A DNA stretch of 64,000 nucleotides from Candidatus Buchananbacteria bacterium RIFCSPLOWO2_01_FULL_39_33 (GTDB taxonomy: Bacteria; Patescibacteriota; Patescibacteriia; 2-01-FULL-39-33). The notes beneath the pieces are model-generated. The model made no database searches. It worked only from the letters and a program-made list of their open reading frames with translations, and was not told where the DNA came from. A program made the translations under genes and the position numbers. The DNA lies in the NCBI GenBank assembly GCA_001817505.1, contig MHIM01000034.1:51005-115004 (forward strand), given 5' to 3'. Of the stretch, positions 48,547-59,431 are shown one piece after another (within the stretch, counting starts at the first letter, position 1; the number at the start of each line of letters is the position of its first letter).

Positions 48547-50466
48547 ATGGGAAAAATTTTAGGCATTGACCTTGGCACGACCAATAGCGCCATGGCCATT
48601 ATGGAGGGTGGGCAACCGAAAATTTTAGAAAACAGCGAAGGCGCCAGAACTACGCCTTCCATGATTGCTACTGTTAAATCCGGCGAAAGATTGGTTGGCG
48701 TTTCCGCCAAAAGGCAGGCCGTAACCAATCCAGCCAACACTTTATTTTCTGTTAAACGGCTCATTGGTCGGAAATGGAGTGATGAAGAGGTGCAGAGAGA
48801 TTTAAAAACCTTGTCTTTTGCCATTAAAAAATCCGGTGAGGGAGTTAAAGTAGTTATGAGTGGCCAGGAGTACAGCCCGCCGGAAATTTCCGCTATGGTT
48901 TTGCAGAAATTAAAAGCTGATGCTGAAGCCAAAACTGGTGAAAAAATCACCGAAGCGGTCATTACTGTACCGGCTTATTTTGACGATAGCCAGAGGCAAG
49001 CGACTAAAGATGCCGGAGAAATTGCCGGATTAACTGTTAAGAGGATTATCAATGAACCAACTGCAGCCGCTTTAGCTTATGGTTTTGAAAAGAAAAAAGG
49101 ACAGCAGATTGCCGTTTACGATTTAGGCGGCGGCACTTTTGATATTTCCATTTTGGATGTATCTCAAGATACAGTTGAAGTCAAATCCACTAATGGCGAT
49201 ACTCACTTGGGCGGCGATGATTTTGATCAAATAATCATGAATTACATTTTAAATGAATTTAAAAAGCAGGAAGGCCTGGATTTAGTTAAAGACCAGACCG
49301 CTTTACAGCGCGTTAAGGAAGCGGCGGAAAAAGTAAAAATTGAGCTTTCTACCCAGATGGAATCGGAAATCAACCAGCCCTTTATTACTCAAGGTATTGA
49401 CGGTTCACCCAAACACTTAACCTTAAGAATCACCCGGGCCCAATTGGAGGGTTTAGTGGCTGATTTAGTTAATCAAACGTTTGAACCAGTCAAAAAGGCC
49501 TTGGCTGACGCCCAAGTTTCTACCAAAGATATTGAAGAAGTTATTTTAGTCGGCGGCATGACTCGTATGCCCTTAGTCCAGAAGAAAGTTGAAGAATTTT
49601 TTGGCAAAAAGCCCAATGTCAGTGTTAATCCTGATGAAGTGGTGGCGCTGGGCGCGGCGGTTCAAGCCGGCGTGCTTCAGGGCGATGTCAAAGATGTTTT
49701 GCTTTTGGATGTCACGCCATTAACTTTAGGCATTGAGACCCTGGGTGGCGTCGCCACTCCGCTGATAGAAAGGAACACCACTATCCCGACTTCCAAATCA
49801 CAAATATTTTCTACCGCCGCCGATAATCAACCGGGTGTGGAAATCCATGTGCTTCAAGGCGAGCGGCCGATGTCAACTGATAACAAAACTTTAGGCCGGT
49901 TTATGTTAGATGGCATTCCGCCGGCTCCTCGAGGCGTGCCGCAAATTGAAGTGACTTTTGATATTGACGCCAATGGTATTTTAAATGTTAAAGCGCAGGA
50001 CAAAGCCACTGGCCGAGAGCAAAGAATCACTATTACCGCTTCTTCTGGCTTAGCCAAAGAGGAAATTGAGAAAATGAAGCGCGACGCTGAAAGCCATGCC
50101 GAAGAAGACCAGAAGAAGAGGGAACTGATTGATCTTAAAAATCAAGCCGAGAGTTTGATTTTTACCACGGAAAAAACTTTAAAAGATGCCGGTGATAAAG
50201 TTGAGGCGGAAACCAGAAAAAGTGTCATGGACAAAGTTGAGGATTTGAAAAAAGCCAAAGACGGCCTTGATCAGGATTTGATCCGAAAGAATTATGAGGC
50301 CTTGTCTAATGAAATCCAAAAAGTTGGCGCAGCGATGTATCAATCAGCTTCTGCTAATTCTTCCCAGGCCGGAGGGGGAGAAGCGCCTCAAGGCGCAGAG
50401 GGGGTGGGAGCAGCAGGGCCTGCCAATGAACCGGTTGAAGGCGAGTTTGAAGAAGTGAAGAAGTAG
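48547..50466 (+). CDS. dnaK: Molecular chaperone DnaK (Hsp70).
   Basis: [18 protein letters not shown] and the other Hsp70 signatures. 639 aa. Confidence 0.95.
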   Translation: MGKILGIDLGTTNSAMAIMEGGQPKILENSEGARTTPSMIATVKSGERLVGVSAKRQAVTNPANTLFSVKRLIGRKWSDEEVQRDLKTLSFAIKKSGEGVKVVMSGQEYSPPEISAMVLQKLKADAEAKTGEKITEAVITVPAYFDDSQRQATKDAGEIAGLTVKRIINEPTAAALAYGFEKKKGQQIAVYDLGGGTFDISILDVSQDTVEVKSTNGDTHLGGDDFDQIIMNYILNEFKKQEGLDLVKDQTALQRVKEAAEKVKIELSTQMESEINQPFITQGIDGSPKHLTLRITRAQLEGLVADLVNQTFEPVKKALADAQVSTKDIEEVILVGGMTRMPLVQKKVEEFFGKKPNVSVNPDEVVALGAAVQAGVLQGDVKDVLLLDVTPLTLGIETLGGVATPLIERNTTIPTSKSQIFSTAADNQPGVEIHVLQGERPMSTDNKTLGRFMLDGIPPAPRGVPQIEVTFDIDANGILNVKAQDKATGREQRITITASSGLAKEEIEKMKRDAESHAEEDQKKRELIDLKNQAESLIFTTEKTLKDAGDKVEAETRKSVMDKVEDLKKAKDGLDQDLIRKNYEALSNEIQKVGAAMYQSASANSSQAGGGEAPQGAEGVGAAGPANEPVEGEFEEVKK

Positions 50467-50577
50467 CCTATGGCATATAACCGATAATAGAAACATAGCA
50501 ATCCCATTTGCAATTTTTTGACTGTCAAAAGTTGTACAAAAACTTTTTATCTTAATATTTATAAAAAATAAAATCCT

Positions 50578-50862
50578 ATGGAAAATCAAAATCAACCACA
50601 GGAAATTAAAATCGCTGACAATTTTACCGGCGGGGAATACGCCAATGCTATGCAAGTGGCCCATACTAAAGACGAAGTGCTCTTAACTTTTTTCAATATC
50701 GTTTCGCCATCAGGCCGGGTCTGTGCTAAAATTATTACCAGTCCCGGTCATTTGAAGCGCATGATTACCGCTCTCAACGATAATTTGAAAAGATACGAGG
50801 AGAAGTTCGGCATAGTTGAAGCGGCCGAAAGCCCCAAAAAAGAAATTGGTTTTCAAGGTTAA
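50578..50862 (+). CDS. Small conserved hypothetical protein of 94 aa, DUF3467-like.
   Basis: YANAMQVAHTKDEVLLTF pattern. Conserved placement between dnaK and dnaJ. Confidence 0.45.
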   Translation: MENQNQPQEIKIADNFTGGEYANAMQVAHTKDEVLLTFFNIVSPSGRVCAKIITSPGHLKRMITALNDNLKRYEEKFGIVEAAESPKKEIGFQG

Positions 50863-50870
50863 TATTAATG

Positions 50871-50948
50871 TCATTGCCAGGAGCTAAAAGCGACGAAGCA
50901 ATCCCAGGGGGTTGCCACGTTTCACTTCGTTTCGCTTGCAATGACAAT
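50871..50948. repeat. Imperfect palindromic element GTCATTGC...CGAAGCAATCCCA...GCAATGAC, of the same family as 27957-28003.
   Basis: Shared GTCATTGC and CGAAGCAATCCCA blocks. Internal inverted symmetry. Confidence 0.4.
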
Positions 50949-50957
50949 TAAGTTTTT

Positions 50958-52073
50958 ATGTCCAAAGATTATTACGATATTTTGGGAGTCAAAAAAAACG
51001 CTTCCCAAGACGAAATCAAAAAAGCTTTCAGAAAACTAGCCCACGAGCACCATCCCGATAAAAATGGCGGCAGTGGCGACAAGTTTAAAGAAGTCAACGA
51101 GGCCTACCAAACTTTAGGCAATGAACAGAAACGAAAGCAATATGATCAGTTTGGCTCGTCTTTTTCTAATGGCAACGGTTTTAATTACCAAGATTTTGCC
51201 AGAGCCTCCGCCAGAGGCGGACAAGATGGATTTGGTTTTGGTAATTTTTCCGCCAAAGGCGGACCCGCCTTTGGTAGAGATTTTGGCGATTTGGGTGATT
51301 TGGGCGATATCTTTAACAGTTTTTTTTCTGCCAGAAGCGGTTCTAATACATCTCAAGCTCGAGGCGCTGACATTGAAACACGGCTGGATATAACTTTTGA
51401 AGAAGCGGTTTTCGGCACCGAAAAAAATATTGAATTATCCAAACGGGTAATTTGCCGCCATTGCCGGGGTCAAGGCGCTGAACCCGATTCAAAAATAAAC
51501 ACTTGTAAAACTTGCGGCGGTAGCGGGCGAGTTTCTTCTAGCCAGCAGACGATTTTGGGAACTTTCCAGATCCAAAGTGTTTGTTCAACTTGTCAAGGCG
51601 AAGGAAAAATCTATGAAAAGAAATGTAGCCATTGTAATGGCAGCGGAGCAGAATATGGAACTGAAAAAATAAAAGTTAAAATACCAGCCGGGCTAGAAGA
51701 CGGCCAGCAGCTGCGTTTGTCGCAAAAAGGCGAAGCCAGCCCTAAAGGCCTGGCTGGTGATCTTTATATTAATATCAGAGTCAGGCCTAGCCCGGATTTT
51801 CGCCGAGTAGGCGATGATATTAAGAGTGATTATCATCTTTCTATTGCTCAAGCGTCTTTGGGTGATAAGATTGAAATAAAAACTGTTAATGGCCCGGTTA
51901 ATTTAAAAATTCCAGCTGGCACCCAGAGTCAAACTGAATTCAAATTGGGCGGCCAAGGCGTGCCGCATCTAAGGTCGCGCGGGCGAGGCGATCATTTGGT
52001 TAGGGTGATAGTTGATATTCCTAAAAATTTAAGCAAGAAGCAAAGGAAGCTGATTGAAGAATTAGGCATTTAA
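50958..52073 (+). CDS. dnaJ: Chaperone DnaJ.
   Basis: J-domain with HPD, a G/F-rich region, and four CxxCxGxG zinc-finger repeats. Confidence 0.9.
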   Translation: MSKDYYDILGVKKNASQDEIKKAFRKLAHEHHPDKNGGSGDKFKEVNEAYQTLGNEQKRKQYDQFGSSFSNGNGFNYQDFARASARGGQDGFGFGNFSAKGGPAFGRDFGDLGDLGDIFNSFFSARSGSNTSQARGADIETRLDITFEEAVFGTEKNIELSKRVICRHCRGQGAEPDSKINTCKTCGGSGRVSSSQQTILGTFQIQSVCSTCQGEGKIYEKKCSHCNGSGAEYGTEKIKVKIPAGLEDGQQLRLSQKGEASPKGLAGDLYINIRVRPSPDFRRVGDDIKSDYHLSIAQASLGDKIEIKTVNGPVNLKIPAGTQSQTEFKLGGQGVPHLRSRGRGDHLVRVIVDIPKNLSKKQRKLIEELGI

Positions 52074-52174
52074 ATTTAATTTAAGAATTTCTAATTTCTA
52101 ATTTCTAAACAATTTTAAAATTTAAAAATTAATTAATTGTTTAGAAATTGAAAATTATTAAATTAGAAATTGTC
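52074..52174. repeat. Complete copy of the same module between dnaJ and the methyltransferase gene.
   Basis: AATTTCTAATTTCTAATTTCTAAACAATT...AATTGTTTAGAAATTGAAAATTATTAAATTAGAAATT. Confidence 0.5.
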
Positions 52175-52717
52175 ATGATTATTATTTTAATCATCATACT
52201 TGTTATTAGTATCATTGTTACTCTAATGACACTTTCTCTTATAATTGGTTTAATCATGACTGGCGGTGTGCCTTTTATTTCTACCAGCAAAAAGGATTTC
52301 CAAAATATCTTGGAAGCGGTTGATTTAAAACCAGGGGAAATTATTTACGATTTGGGCTGTGGCAAGGCCCATTTGCTGATTTATGCGGCTAAAAAATTTG
52401 GGGCTAAAGGAGTTGGTTACGAATTAACTCTTTGGCCCTATCTCTGGGCTAAGTTAAAAATATATCTAACTAAAGCTAATGTTAAGGTTTTCCGGCAGAA
52501 TTTTTTTAAGGCCGATTTATCTCAAGCGGATGTGGTATTTTGCTATCTTTTTCCGGCGGTCATGGCTAAGTTAGAGCCGAAATTTTCTAAAGAGCTAAAA
52601 AGCGGCAATAGATTGGTTTCTTATGCTTTCAAATTACCCGATAAAATAGCTGATAAGGTGGTTATTACCAATAATGACCATGCTGAATTAGGAAAAATTT
52701 ATGTTTACAATTATTGA
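52175..52717 (+). CDS. Class I SAM-dependent methyltransferase with an N-terminal TM segment. ATG 52175 is preferred over the track TTG at 52148.
   Basis: Motif I: IYDLGCGKAHLLIYAAK. Confidence 0.55.
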   Translation: MIIILIIILVISIIVTLMTLSLIIGLIMTGGVPFISTSKKDFQNILEAVDLKPGEIIYDLGCGKAHLLIYAAKKFGAKGVGYELTLWPYLWAKLKIYLTKANVKVFRQNFFKADLSQADVVFCYLFPAVMAKLEPKFSKELKSGNRLVSYAFKLPDKIADKVVITNNDHAELGKIYVYNY

Positions 52718-52755
52718 TTGTAAAAATATTTTATAGTAGAATATAAGTCAAATTT

Positions 52756-52830
52756 GCCGCCATCGTCTAGTGGCTAGGACGTCTCCCTCTCACGGAGGCA
52801 ACCGGGGTTCAATTCCCCGTGGCGGTACCA
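52756..52830 (+). tRNA. tRNA-Glu, anticodon CTC, with encoded CCA.
   Basis: Acceptor GCCGCCA/TGGCGGT. Anticodon loop CTCTCAC. T-arm CGGGG-TTCAATT-CCCCG. 3' ACCA. Confidence 0.85.
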
Positions 52831-52898
52831 GTAAATACTAGACCAGATTTTAGGTCTGGCTTTTTGTTTTAACCCTTTAAATATGTTAATATATTCAT

Positions 52899-53798
52899 AT
52901 GACTAAGCCATTATTAATATTGCCTTTTGACCATCGGAGTTCTTTTTCCAAGAATATCTTAGGTATAAATGGCCAATTAAATAATCAACAAAAAAAAGAA
53001 ATTGCCGACCTCAAAAAAATTATTTTTGAGGCCTTTGTTAGGGTTTTTAAAAAATACCAACCTAAGAATTATTTTGGCATTTTAGTGGATGAAGAATACG
53101 GTTGGCCGATTATCAAAGCGGCTAAAAAAATAAAAGCCGTAGTTTGCCTGCCGGTGGAAAAAAGCGGCCAGACAGAATTTAAATTTGAATATGGCAATTC
53201 TTTCGGCAGTCATATCAAAAAAATCAAGCCGGATTACGTTAAAGTTTTGGTGCGTTACAATCCTTTAAATAAAGCAACCAATAAAAAGCAATTGAAAAGA
53301 TTAAAAGAGCTGGGAATTTTCTGCCGGAAAAATAATTACCAGATTATTTTAGAGCTCTTGGTGCCGCCGACTGATTTTGATTTGAAAATAGCTAAAACCG
53401 AGATTAATTATAATAATAAATGGCGCCCCTTAAGAACCATAGAAGCTATTAAGGAAATAAAAAAGGCCATAAAGGTAGATATTTGGAAATTAGAATATTT
53501 TACTCCAGCTAATTGGCAAAAAGTAATTAAAGCGGCTGGACCAGAATCTAAAATAATTCTTTTAGGCCGGGGCGGTGATAAGTCGGTGGTAGATGATTGG
53601 ATAAGAGATGCCGCCAAATTCAAGCAGATAATCGGTTTTGCCATTGGCCGAACTATTTTCTTAGACGAGCTCAAAGAATATAAGTCCGGTAAAATAACCA
53701 GAAAAGCGGCCATTAAGAGCATAGCTAATAACTTTGATTATTTCATTCAACTCTGGGCTAAAAATAAAAAAATTACAACCCTTGACATAATTATTTAG
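52899..53798 (+). CDS. Hypothetical 299-aa protein, possibly DUF2090-like TIM-barrel with an (L)PFDHR motif.
   Basis: LLILPFDHRSSF N-terminus. Lys-rich. No firm assignment. Confidence 0.4.
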   Translation: MTKPLLILPFDHRSSFSKNILGINGQLNNQQKKEIADLKKIIFEAFVRVFKKYQPKNYFGILVDEEYGWPIIKAAKKIKAVVCLPVEKSGQTEFKFEYGNSFGSHIKKIKPDYVKVLVRYNPLNKATNKKQLKRLKELGIFCRKNNYQIILELLVPPTDFDLKIAKTEINYNNKWRPLRTIEAIKEIKKAIKVDIWKLEYFTPANWQKVIKAAGPESKIILLGRGGDKSVVDDWIRDAAKFKQIIGFAIGRTIFLDELKEYKSGKITRKAAIKSIANNFDYFIQLWAKNKKITTLDIII

Positions 53799-53969
53799 AT
53801 ATAATATAATGCATTGTTAATTCTTTAGGTGTTACTTACAATACTATCTAGATAGCCATAGCCAAAAGTGACCGATCGGTAGTTTCTGGCTATGGCTATC
53901 AACGGCTAAAGCCCTTCAACTCACGGGCAGTGAGAAATCCATGAGCTATTAGCTCAAGGGAGAAGTGCC

Positions 53970-54539
53970 ATGAAATATGGAAACGTAACTCTTGGAAAAA
54001 TTGAAGCAGTGTGGAATAAACTCGGTGGAGAAGATGGTGTTAATCAATTTCTTCGGGGTGAATTGACTGTCAAAGGAGCTGAATTACTAAAAAGGGTCAC
54101 GACCATGGCGGTCAGCGGCACGAAGAGGTTCGTCGCCAATGAGCATCGCAAGGAGACCAATGTCGGCTTGACCGGGAGCAACTTTGAGAAGTTGTTTCTT
54201 GAAAAAGTCGAGGAGAACGTCGGTGATGCTATCATCGCCATAGATCGCCTAGTGAGGGCGTCTTTGAATGCCTCGATCAGGGCCGAGCTGGGCAGTCGAG
54301 CCGAAATCAAGTTGGCGCACTTCTTTGAAGTGCTTAAAGCGCAGTCGGGAGGCGAAGCAGGCGTTTTGTTGGTCAACGGATATGCCAACATTGCATATAT
54401 TCGTGGAGCCGATAAAAAAGTCTGGGCCGTGGATGCTTACTGGGGCTCTGACTGCGGCTTCTGGCGTGTGGATGCCCGCTCGGTTGGGGGTCCGAGCGGG
54501 TGGTGCGCTGGCCGCCGGGTTCTCTCTCGCGATTCTTGA
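53970..54539 (+). CDS. Hypothetical 189-aa protein, paralog of 28389-29000, with a C-terminal variable region. Putative DGR target.
   Basis: Shared core LLKRVTTMAVSG...LLVNGYANIAYI. 3' 111 nt aligns to the TR-like repeat. Conserved 5' leader and 3' flank shared with the paralog. Confidence 0.6.
   Translation: MKYGNVTLGKIEAVWNKLGGEDGVNQFLRGELTVKGAELLKRVTTMAVSGTKRFVANEHRKETNVGLTGSNFEKLFLEKVEENVGDAIIAIDRLVRASLNASIRAELGSRAEIKLAHFFEVLKAQSGGEAGVLLVNGYANIAYIRGADKKVWAVDAYWGSDCGFWRVDARSVGGPSGWCAGRRVLSRDS
54420..54530 (+). repeat. Variable repeat VR2 (111 bp) at the 3' end of the 53970 gene.
   Basis: 30 mismatches to the TR-like repeat, 20 of them at template A positions. Confidence 0.5.
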
Positions 54540-54722
54540 TTTTTTGTGACTTTGTCATTTTGAGATTTAGTCACTCTGAATCTATAAATCTTTGGCTCTC
54601 TGACACTTTGAAAGAAGTGGAGGAGGGCCTTTTTTGTTTTGACAGATTATTGTTTATATGTTAATTTTTTGAGATGAGTAGAACTTTTACAAAAAGAGAA
54701 CAGACAAAAGGAAAACCATTTC

Positions 54723-55613
54723 ATGTTGATACCCAGGAAGATACCTCCTGATTTTCTTTTTAAGGAAGTCAGAAAATTAGAGAAGTCGCAAAGAAAAAGC
54801 GACATTGACGTGGTTTTAAGCGCCTTTAGGTCTTGGCGCTCAATTCAGCCGGTTGGCTATTTAAGCACTCCCATTACTACCGGCATTTTATTTTATGAGG
54901 TTTTGGCCAAGCATCAGGTTAAGACCCTGGAAGAATTATTGGCTATAAATAGCAATTTGTTGTTTGAAGAAATTATTGCACCTAATATTAATAGAGGCAT
55001 TGCCTTGGGTGATGAATTAGCTATGAGATTTAATATTCCCATCATCGTGCCGGCGGTCTTTGAAGCCAGGTCCCAGCGCTGGACGCAGGATGATTATATG
55101 TATGTCTGGTATCAGGTAATAAAGGAAATGGTTGGCCATACTATTTTGAGCGACTTTTGGGAGTATTCTAATGGCGGTGTGGAAGAATTCGTCCATTCAG
55201 CGGAAATGCAATTTAGGTTATTATCAGTGCCATTGACTGGTGGTGATTTTTTCCCTTATGTCCCGGTTGATTTGTTTCCCGATAGATTTGTCGGTCAAAA
55301 AATAGAATTCCCTGAAGAAACAATGAAAATAACCGATGAACGCGGTTTAGCTGTCAGAATTGAAGAAGGAGCCATGAAAATCAGCGAAGCTGTTGTCAAT
55401 CTTTATCGGCGCGGCTTTAGGGCTGTTAAGCTCTTAGTTCTTTTAAAGCAACTGGTTGATATTGCCCATTGCGTCAATTGGCATTGGCAAACCAAACAGT
55501 ATCGGGATTATGGCCTGACGCCTCATTATCTGATAAATAAAAAATTAGTTGACAGATATTGGCAGATAGCTTTAGCGGCTGCAGGGGAAAACCGGCCAGA
55601 GCTGGAGTTGTAA
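54723..55613 (+). CDS. Hypothetical 296-aa protein.
   Basis: ORF track. No recognisable motif. Confidence 0.4.
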   Translation: MLIPRKIPPDFLFKEVRKLEKSQRKSDIDVVLSAFRSWRSIQPVGYLSTPITTGILFYEVLAKHQVKTLEELLAINSNLLFEEIIAPNINRGIALGDELAMRFNIPIIVPAVFEARSQRWTQDDYMYVWYQVIKEMVGHTILSDFWEYSNGGVEEFVHSAEMQFRLLSVPLTGGDFFPYVPVDLFPDRFVGQKIEFPEETMKITDERGLAVRIEEGAMKISEAVVNLYRRGFRAVKLLVLLKQLVDIAHCVNWHWQTKQYRDYGLTPHYLINKKLVDRYWQIALAAAGENRPELEL

Positions 55614-55750
55614 GACCGCTTTTAATTGATAAACCAACGCCTAAAACCATAGGCGTTTTTTATTTTAGGTAAATGGGATAATATACATACATACTCTTTA
55701 AAAATTCTGTAATTTTGCTATAATGGACTTGAATTATTAATATTTCTTTT

Positions 55751-57406
55751 ATGAAAAAATTGTTAAAAAATAAGCTCTTTTGGCTGATGTTGGTGGTAGT
55801 TGTAGCGGTTGGCGGCTGGATTATTGTTAAAGTGGTTGGCGGCGGCGAGAAAATTGAATATACCACTGAAGTCGCCAAGCGCGGCAATTTAATTCAAACA
55901 GTAACTGCTACCGGTGCGGTGGCTTCGGCCGAAGAAATTGATTTGAATTTTAAAACGCCAGGCAAATTGGCCAGATTAGCGGTCAAAGAAGGCGATAAAG
56001 TAAAAGCCAAGCAATTTTTAGCCGGCTTAAATGCCGCCGGCTTATCAGCCCAAGTCGCTCAATATCAGGCCAATGTCGCTGCCGCTCAAGCTGATTTGGA
56101 AAAAATTAAAGCCGGTTCTTCAGCGGAAGAAATCCAGGTTTATGAAGAAAAATTTATTAAAGCCAAAAATGATCTTAACACTTTAACAGGCAAAAGGGAT
56201 AACGAATTGCCAACACTAAGAGAAAAGGCCTTAAATGAATTGAATAATGCAATTTTTACCATCGCTGTGGCTTTGAATACGGTTTATAATTATTTGATTA
56301 ATGACAACACTACCAATGATTTGCAAGTTACTGATACTACTGCCTTAAATCAATTGGAGATTGATTATTCAGCAGTTTTGGAAAAATTCAATGAGGCTAA
56401 AATAAAAGTTGATTTAGCCAAAGCCGACAGATCAAATGAGACAATCATCAGCGCCGCCGAGTCCATAGCAGCTGTTTTATCGGCTTTAAATTCTTTTTTG
56501 GATGACTCTTTTAAGATAGCTGATTCAATAATTGTTAATTCCACTTACACCCAAACCAAAAAGGACACCATTAAATCCGATATCACTACTGAACAGTCAA
56601 ACAGCAATACCTCAATCACTTCTCTGCAAACGGCCAAATCCAACCTAATCAATTCTATTAATAGTTATGCTTCTCTGGTGCAAGCAGCGGAAAATACTCT
56701 GACTATTGCTGAAGCCGAGCTTAATTTAACCAAGGCCGAACCCAGGAGCTTTGAAATCAGCGCGGCTCAAGCTAAAGTGGACCAAGCTCAAGCCCAGCTG
56801 GATCAGGCCTTGGCGGACTTAAGCGAATACAGCTTAATAGCTCCCATTGACGGCATTATCACTGAAGTCAATTTCAGTTTAGGCGAGCAGACCAGCGTTA
56901 CTACTCCCGCTCTTAAAATGATCAGTCTGGAGAAATTTGAAATCAAAGTTGATATTCCAGAGTCCGACATCGCCAAATTAACTGTCGGCGACAAGGCGGT
57001 GATTGAATTGGATGCTTTTAGCTCGGACCATTTATTTTCTGGCCAGGTTGCCTTTATTGATCCGGCCCAGACGGTAGTCCAGGATGTGATTTATTATAAG
57101 ACCACTGTTAGTTTGGAAGCTAACGACTGGACGGATAAAATCAAATCCGGCATGAGCGCCGATGTCACTATCACTACTGACCGGCAAGATGATGTGATTT
57201 ATATACCTCAAAGAGCGGTCAAGATACGCGAAGCCTCTTTGGGCGAAGTACCTCAAAAATACGTTGAGGTCTTGGTTAGTAATAAAGTTGAGGAAAAAAT
57301 TGTAACCATCGGCTTGCGCGGCGACAATGGGTTAGTAGAAATTGTCAGCGGCCTTAACGAGGGCGATCAAGTAATCACTTTCAAAAAAACCAACGGCAAA
57401 AAATAA
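55751..57406 (+). CDS. Efflux-transporter periplasmic adaptor, HlyD/MacA family with a long coiled-coil hairpin.
   Basis: N-terminal TM, extended coiled-coil region, C-terminal beta-barrel/lipoyl-like segments. Directly upstream of the MacB-type ABC genes. Confidence 0.7.
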   Translation: MKKLLKNKLFWLMLVVVVAVGGWIIVKVVGGGEKIEYTTEVAKRGNLIQTVTATGAVASAEEIDLNFKTPGKLARLAVKEGDKVKAKQFLAGLNAAGLSAQVAQYQANVAAAQADLEKIKAGSSAEEIQVYEEKFIKAKNDLNTLTGKRDNELPTLREKALNELNNAIFTIAVALNTVYNYLINDNTTNDLQVTDTTALNQLEIDYSAVLEKFNEAKIKVDLAKADRSNETIISAAESIAAVLSALNSFLDDSFKIADSIIVNSTYTQTKKDTIKSDITTEQSNSNTSITSLQTAKSNLINSINSYASLVQAAENTLTIAEAELNLTKAEPRSFEISAAQAKVDQAQAQLDQALADLSEYSLIAPIDGIITEVNFSLGEQTSVTTPALKMISLEKFEIKVDIPESDIAKLTVGDKAVIELDAFSSDHLFSGQVAFIDPAQTVVQDVIYYKTTVSLEANDWTDKIKSGMSADVTITTDRQDDVIYIPQRAVKIREASLGEVPQKYVEVLVSNKVEEKIVTIGLRGDNGLVEIVSGLNEGDQVITFKKTNGKK

Positions 57407-58134
57407 TGAGCCAAGATATCATTATCAAGGTTGAGAATTTAAAAAAGGATTATGTCAATGATGAAATAGTCACCGAAGTTCTTGATAATCTTAATTTTGA
57501 AGTGGCCAAGGGGGAATTTTTAGCGATCATGGGGCCATCGGGCTCCGGCAAATCAACTTTAATGCACTTGCTGGGATTTTTAGATACGCCGACTTCAGGC
57601 AGATATATTTTTAAAGGCAATGATGTTTCCAATTTGAGCGATGATGAATTGGCTAAAATCCGAAATGAAGAAGTTGGCTTTGTTTTCCAAACATTTAATT
57701 TATTGCCTAAGACCACTGTTTTTGACAATGTTAAGCTCCCGCTTTTATACAGCCGGCTCAAAGACCGCGATAGGCGAGTGACAGAGGCGATTACAGCCGT
57801 CGGCTTATTGCACCGCCTGAATAATCTTTCTAATCAGCTTTCCGGCGGCGAAAGGCAGAGGGTGGCGATTGCCAGAGCGCTAGTTACCAACCCCAGCGTT
57901 ATTTTCGCCGATGAACCGACTGGCAATTTAGATACTAAATCCGGCCAGGTGATTATGGGGATTTTAGAAAAACTCAACAATGAAGGCCACACGATAATTT
58001 TAGTCACTCATGAGCAATATACCGCTCAGCACGCCCAAAGGATAATTAAGATTATAGACGGCCAGATAGTTAGCGATGAAAAAGTCAGCGCCAGGCGATC
58101 ATCGTTAAATGGCAATGATATTTTCTTGAAATAA
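57406..58134 (+). CDS. macB: ABC transporter ATP-binding protein, MacB/LolD type.
   Basis: Walker A GPSGSGKST, signature LSGGERQRVAIARAL, Walker B IFADEPTGNLD. Confidence 0.9.
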   Translation: MSQDIIIKVENLKKDYVNDEIVTEVLDNLNFEVAKGEFLAIMGPSGSGKSTLMHLLGFLDTPTSGRYIFKGNDVSNLSDDELAKIRNEEVGFVFQTFNLLPKTTVFDNVKLPLLYSRLKDRDRRVTEAITAVGLLHRLNNLSNQLSGGERQRVAIARALVTNPSVIFADEPTGNLDTKSGQVIMGILEKLNNEGHTIILVTHEQYTAQHAQRIIKIIDGQIVSDEKVSARRSSLNGNDIFLK

Positions 58135-58149
58135 AATTATTAAGTTAAG

Positions 58150-59385
58150 ATGACTTTGCTTGATGGTTTAAAATTAGCTATGGCTGTGTTGCGAACTAAC
58201 AAGGTTCGCAGTTTTTTAACTAGCTTGGGAATCATTATCGGCATTGCCGCGGTGATTATTATTATGTCGGTGGGCGCCGGCGCCCAAAGCTTGATTATCA
58301 ATCAGCTTAATTCAGTTGGCACCAATTTAGTCGGTATCTTGCCTGGCGCTTCCGATGCCAACGGGCCGCCGGCTTCGGTTTTGGGGATTGTCGTTACTAC
58401 GCTTAAATACGAGGACGCTTTGGCTATTAAAAAAGAGATTCCCAATGCTTCAGCAGTCAGTTCTTATAATTCCGGAGTCGGCGCTATCAGTTACCAGAAT
58501 AATTCAGTTGATGCTAATTTTACCGGCGTGATGAGTGATTATCTTAATGTTGAAAATACGGCCATACTTTTAGGCCGGTTTTTTACTGCCGAAGAAGAAA
58601 AGGAAACAGTTAGAGTGGCAGTTTTGGGCTACCAAACCTGGCAAGATTTATTTAATGGCGATAATCCTCTGGGCAAAAGAATTAAGATAAAAAAAGAATC
58701 ATTTGAGGTTATCGGGGTTATGAAGGAGCGCGGTTCGGCTGCTTTTCAAAATCAAGATGACCTGGTTTTAATGCCGGTTTCTACCGCCCAAAAAATAATG
58801 CTGGGAGTCAATTATGTCAATTATATCCGGGTCAAGGTCAATAAGGCGGACGCTCTAGACCAAGTGGCTGAAGATATTAAATTTTTGCTCCGCGACCGCC
58901 ATGATATCAGGATTGATGGCACTGATGACTTTTCTGTCAGAAATACCAAAGATGCCATTGACGCTCTTTTAACCATTACCAACGCTTTAAAGTTTTTTTT
59001 GGCAGCTATTGCCGCTATTTCCTTGATTGTCGGCGGCGTTGGGGTGATGAATATTATGCTGGCTTCGGTCAGTGAAAGAATCAGGGAGGTGGGACTGCGA
59101 AAAGCAGTTGGCGCCAGCCGTTCACATATTATGATTCAATTTATTTTAGAAACCATGGCCATTACTTTAGTTGGCGGCTTGATCGGTATTATTTTAGGCG
59201 GTCTGGTATCAGCTGTGGTTTCTTTAGTGGCTAATTATTTGGGCTATAAATGGGATTTAGTGGTATCGCTCAATTCTATTTGGCTGGGCACAGGGGTAGC
59301 GGCTGTTATTGGCTTGATTTTCGGACTTTATCCGGCTAGGCGGGCGGCCAAATTAGATCCGATAGAGGCCTTAAGATATGAATGA
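58150..59385 (+). CDS. ABC transporter permease, MacB-type (periplasmic domain plus FtsX 4-TM domain).
   Basis: N-terminal TM, large periplasmic domain, C-terminal FtsX-like helices. Confidence 0.85.
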   Translation: MTLLDGLKLAMAVLRTNKVRSFLTSLGIIIGIAAVIIIMSVGAGAQSLIINQLNSVGTNLVGILPGASDANGPPASVLGIVVTTLKYEDALAIKKEIPNASAVSSYNSGVGAISYQNNSVDANFTGVMSDYLNVENTAILLGRFFTAEEEKETVRVAVLGYQTWQDLFNGDNPLGKRIKIKKESFEVIGVMKERGSAAFQNQDDLVLMPVSTAQKIMLGVNYVNYIRVKVNKADALDQVAEDIKFLLRDRHDIRIDGTDDFSVRNTKDAIDALLTITNALKFFLAAIAAISLIVGGVGVMNIMLASVSERIREVGLRKAVGASRSHIMIQFILETMAITLVGGLIGIILGGLVSAVVSLVANYLGYKWDLVVSLNSIWLGTGVAAVIGLIFGLYPARRAAKLDPIEALRYE

Positions 59386-59431
59386 TTGAAATTCAAAATC
59401 CAAAATCCAAAAATCAAAACTAAGGAAAAAT

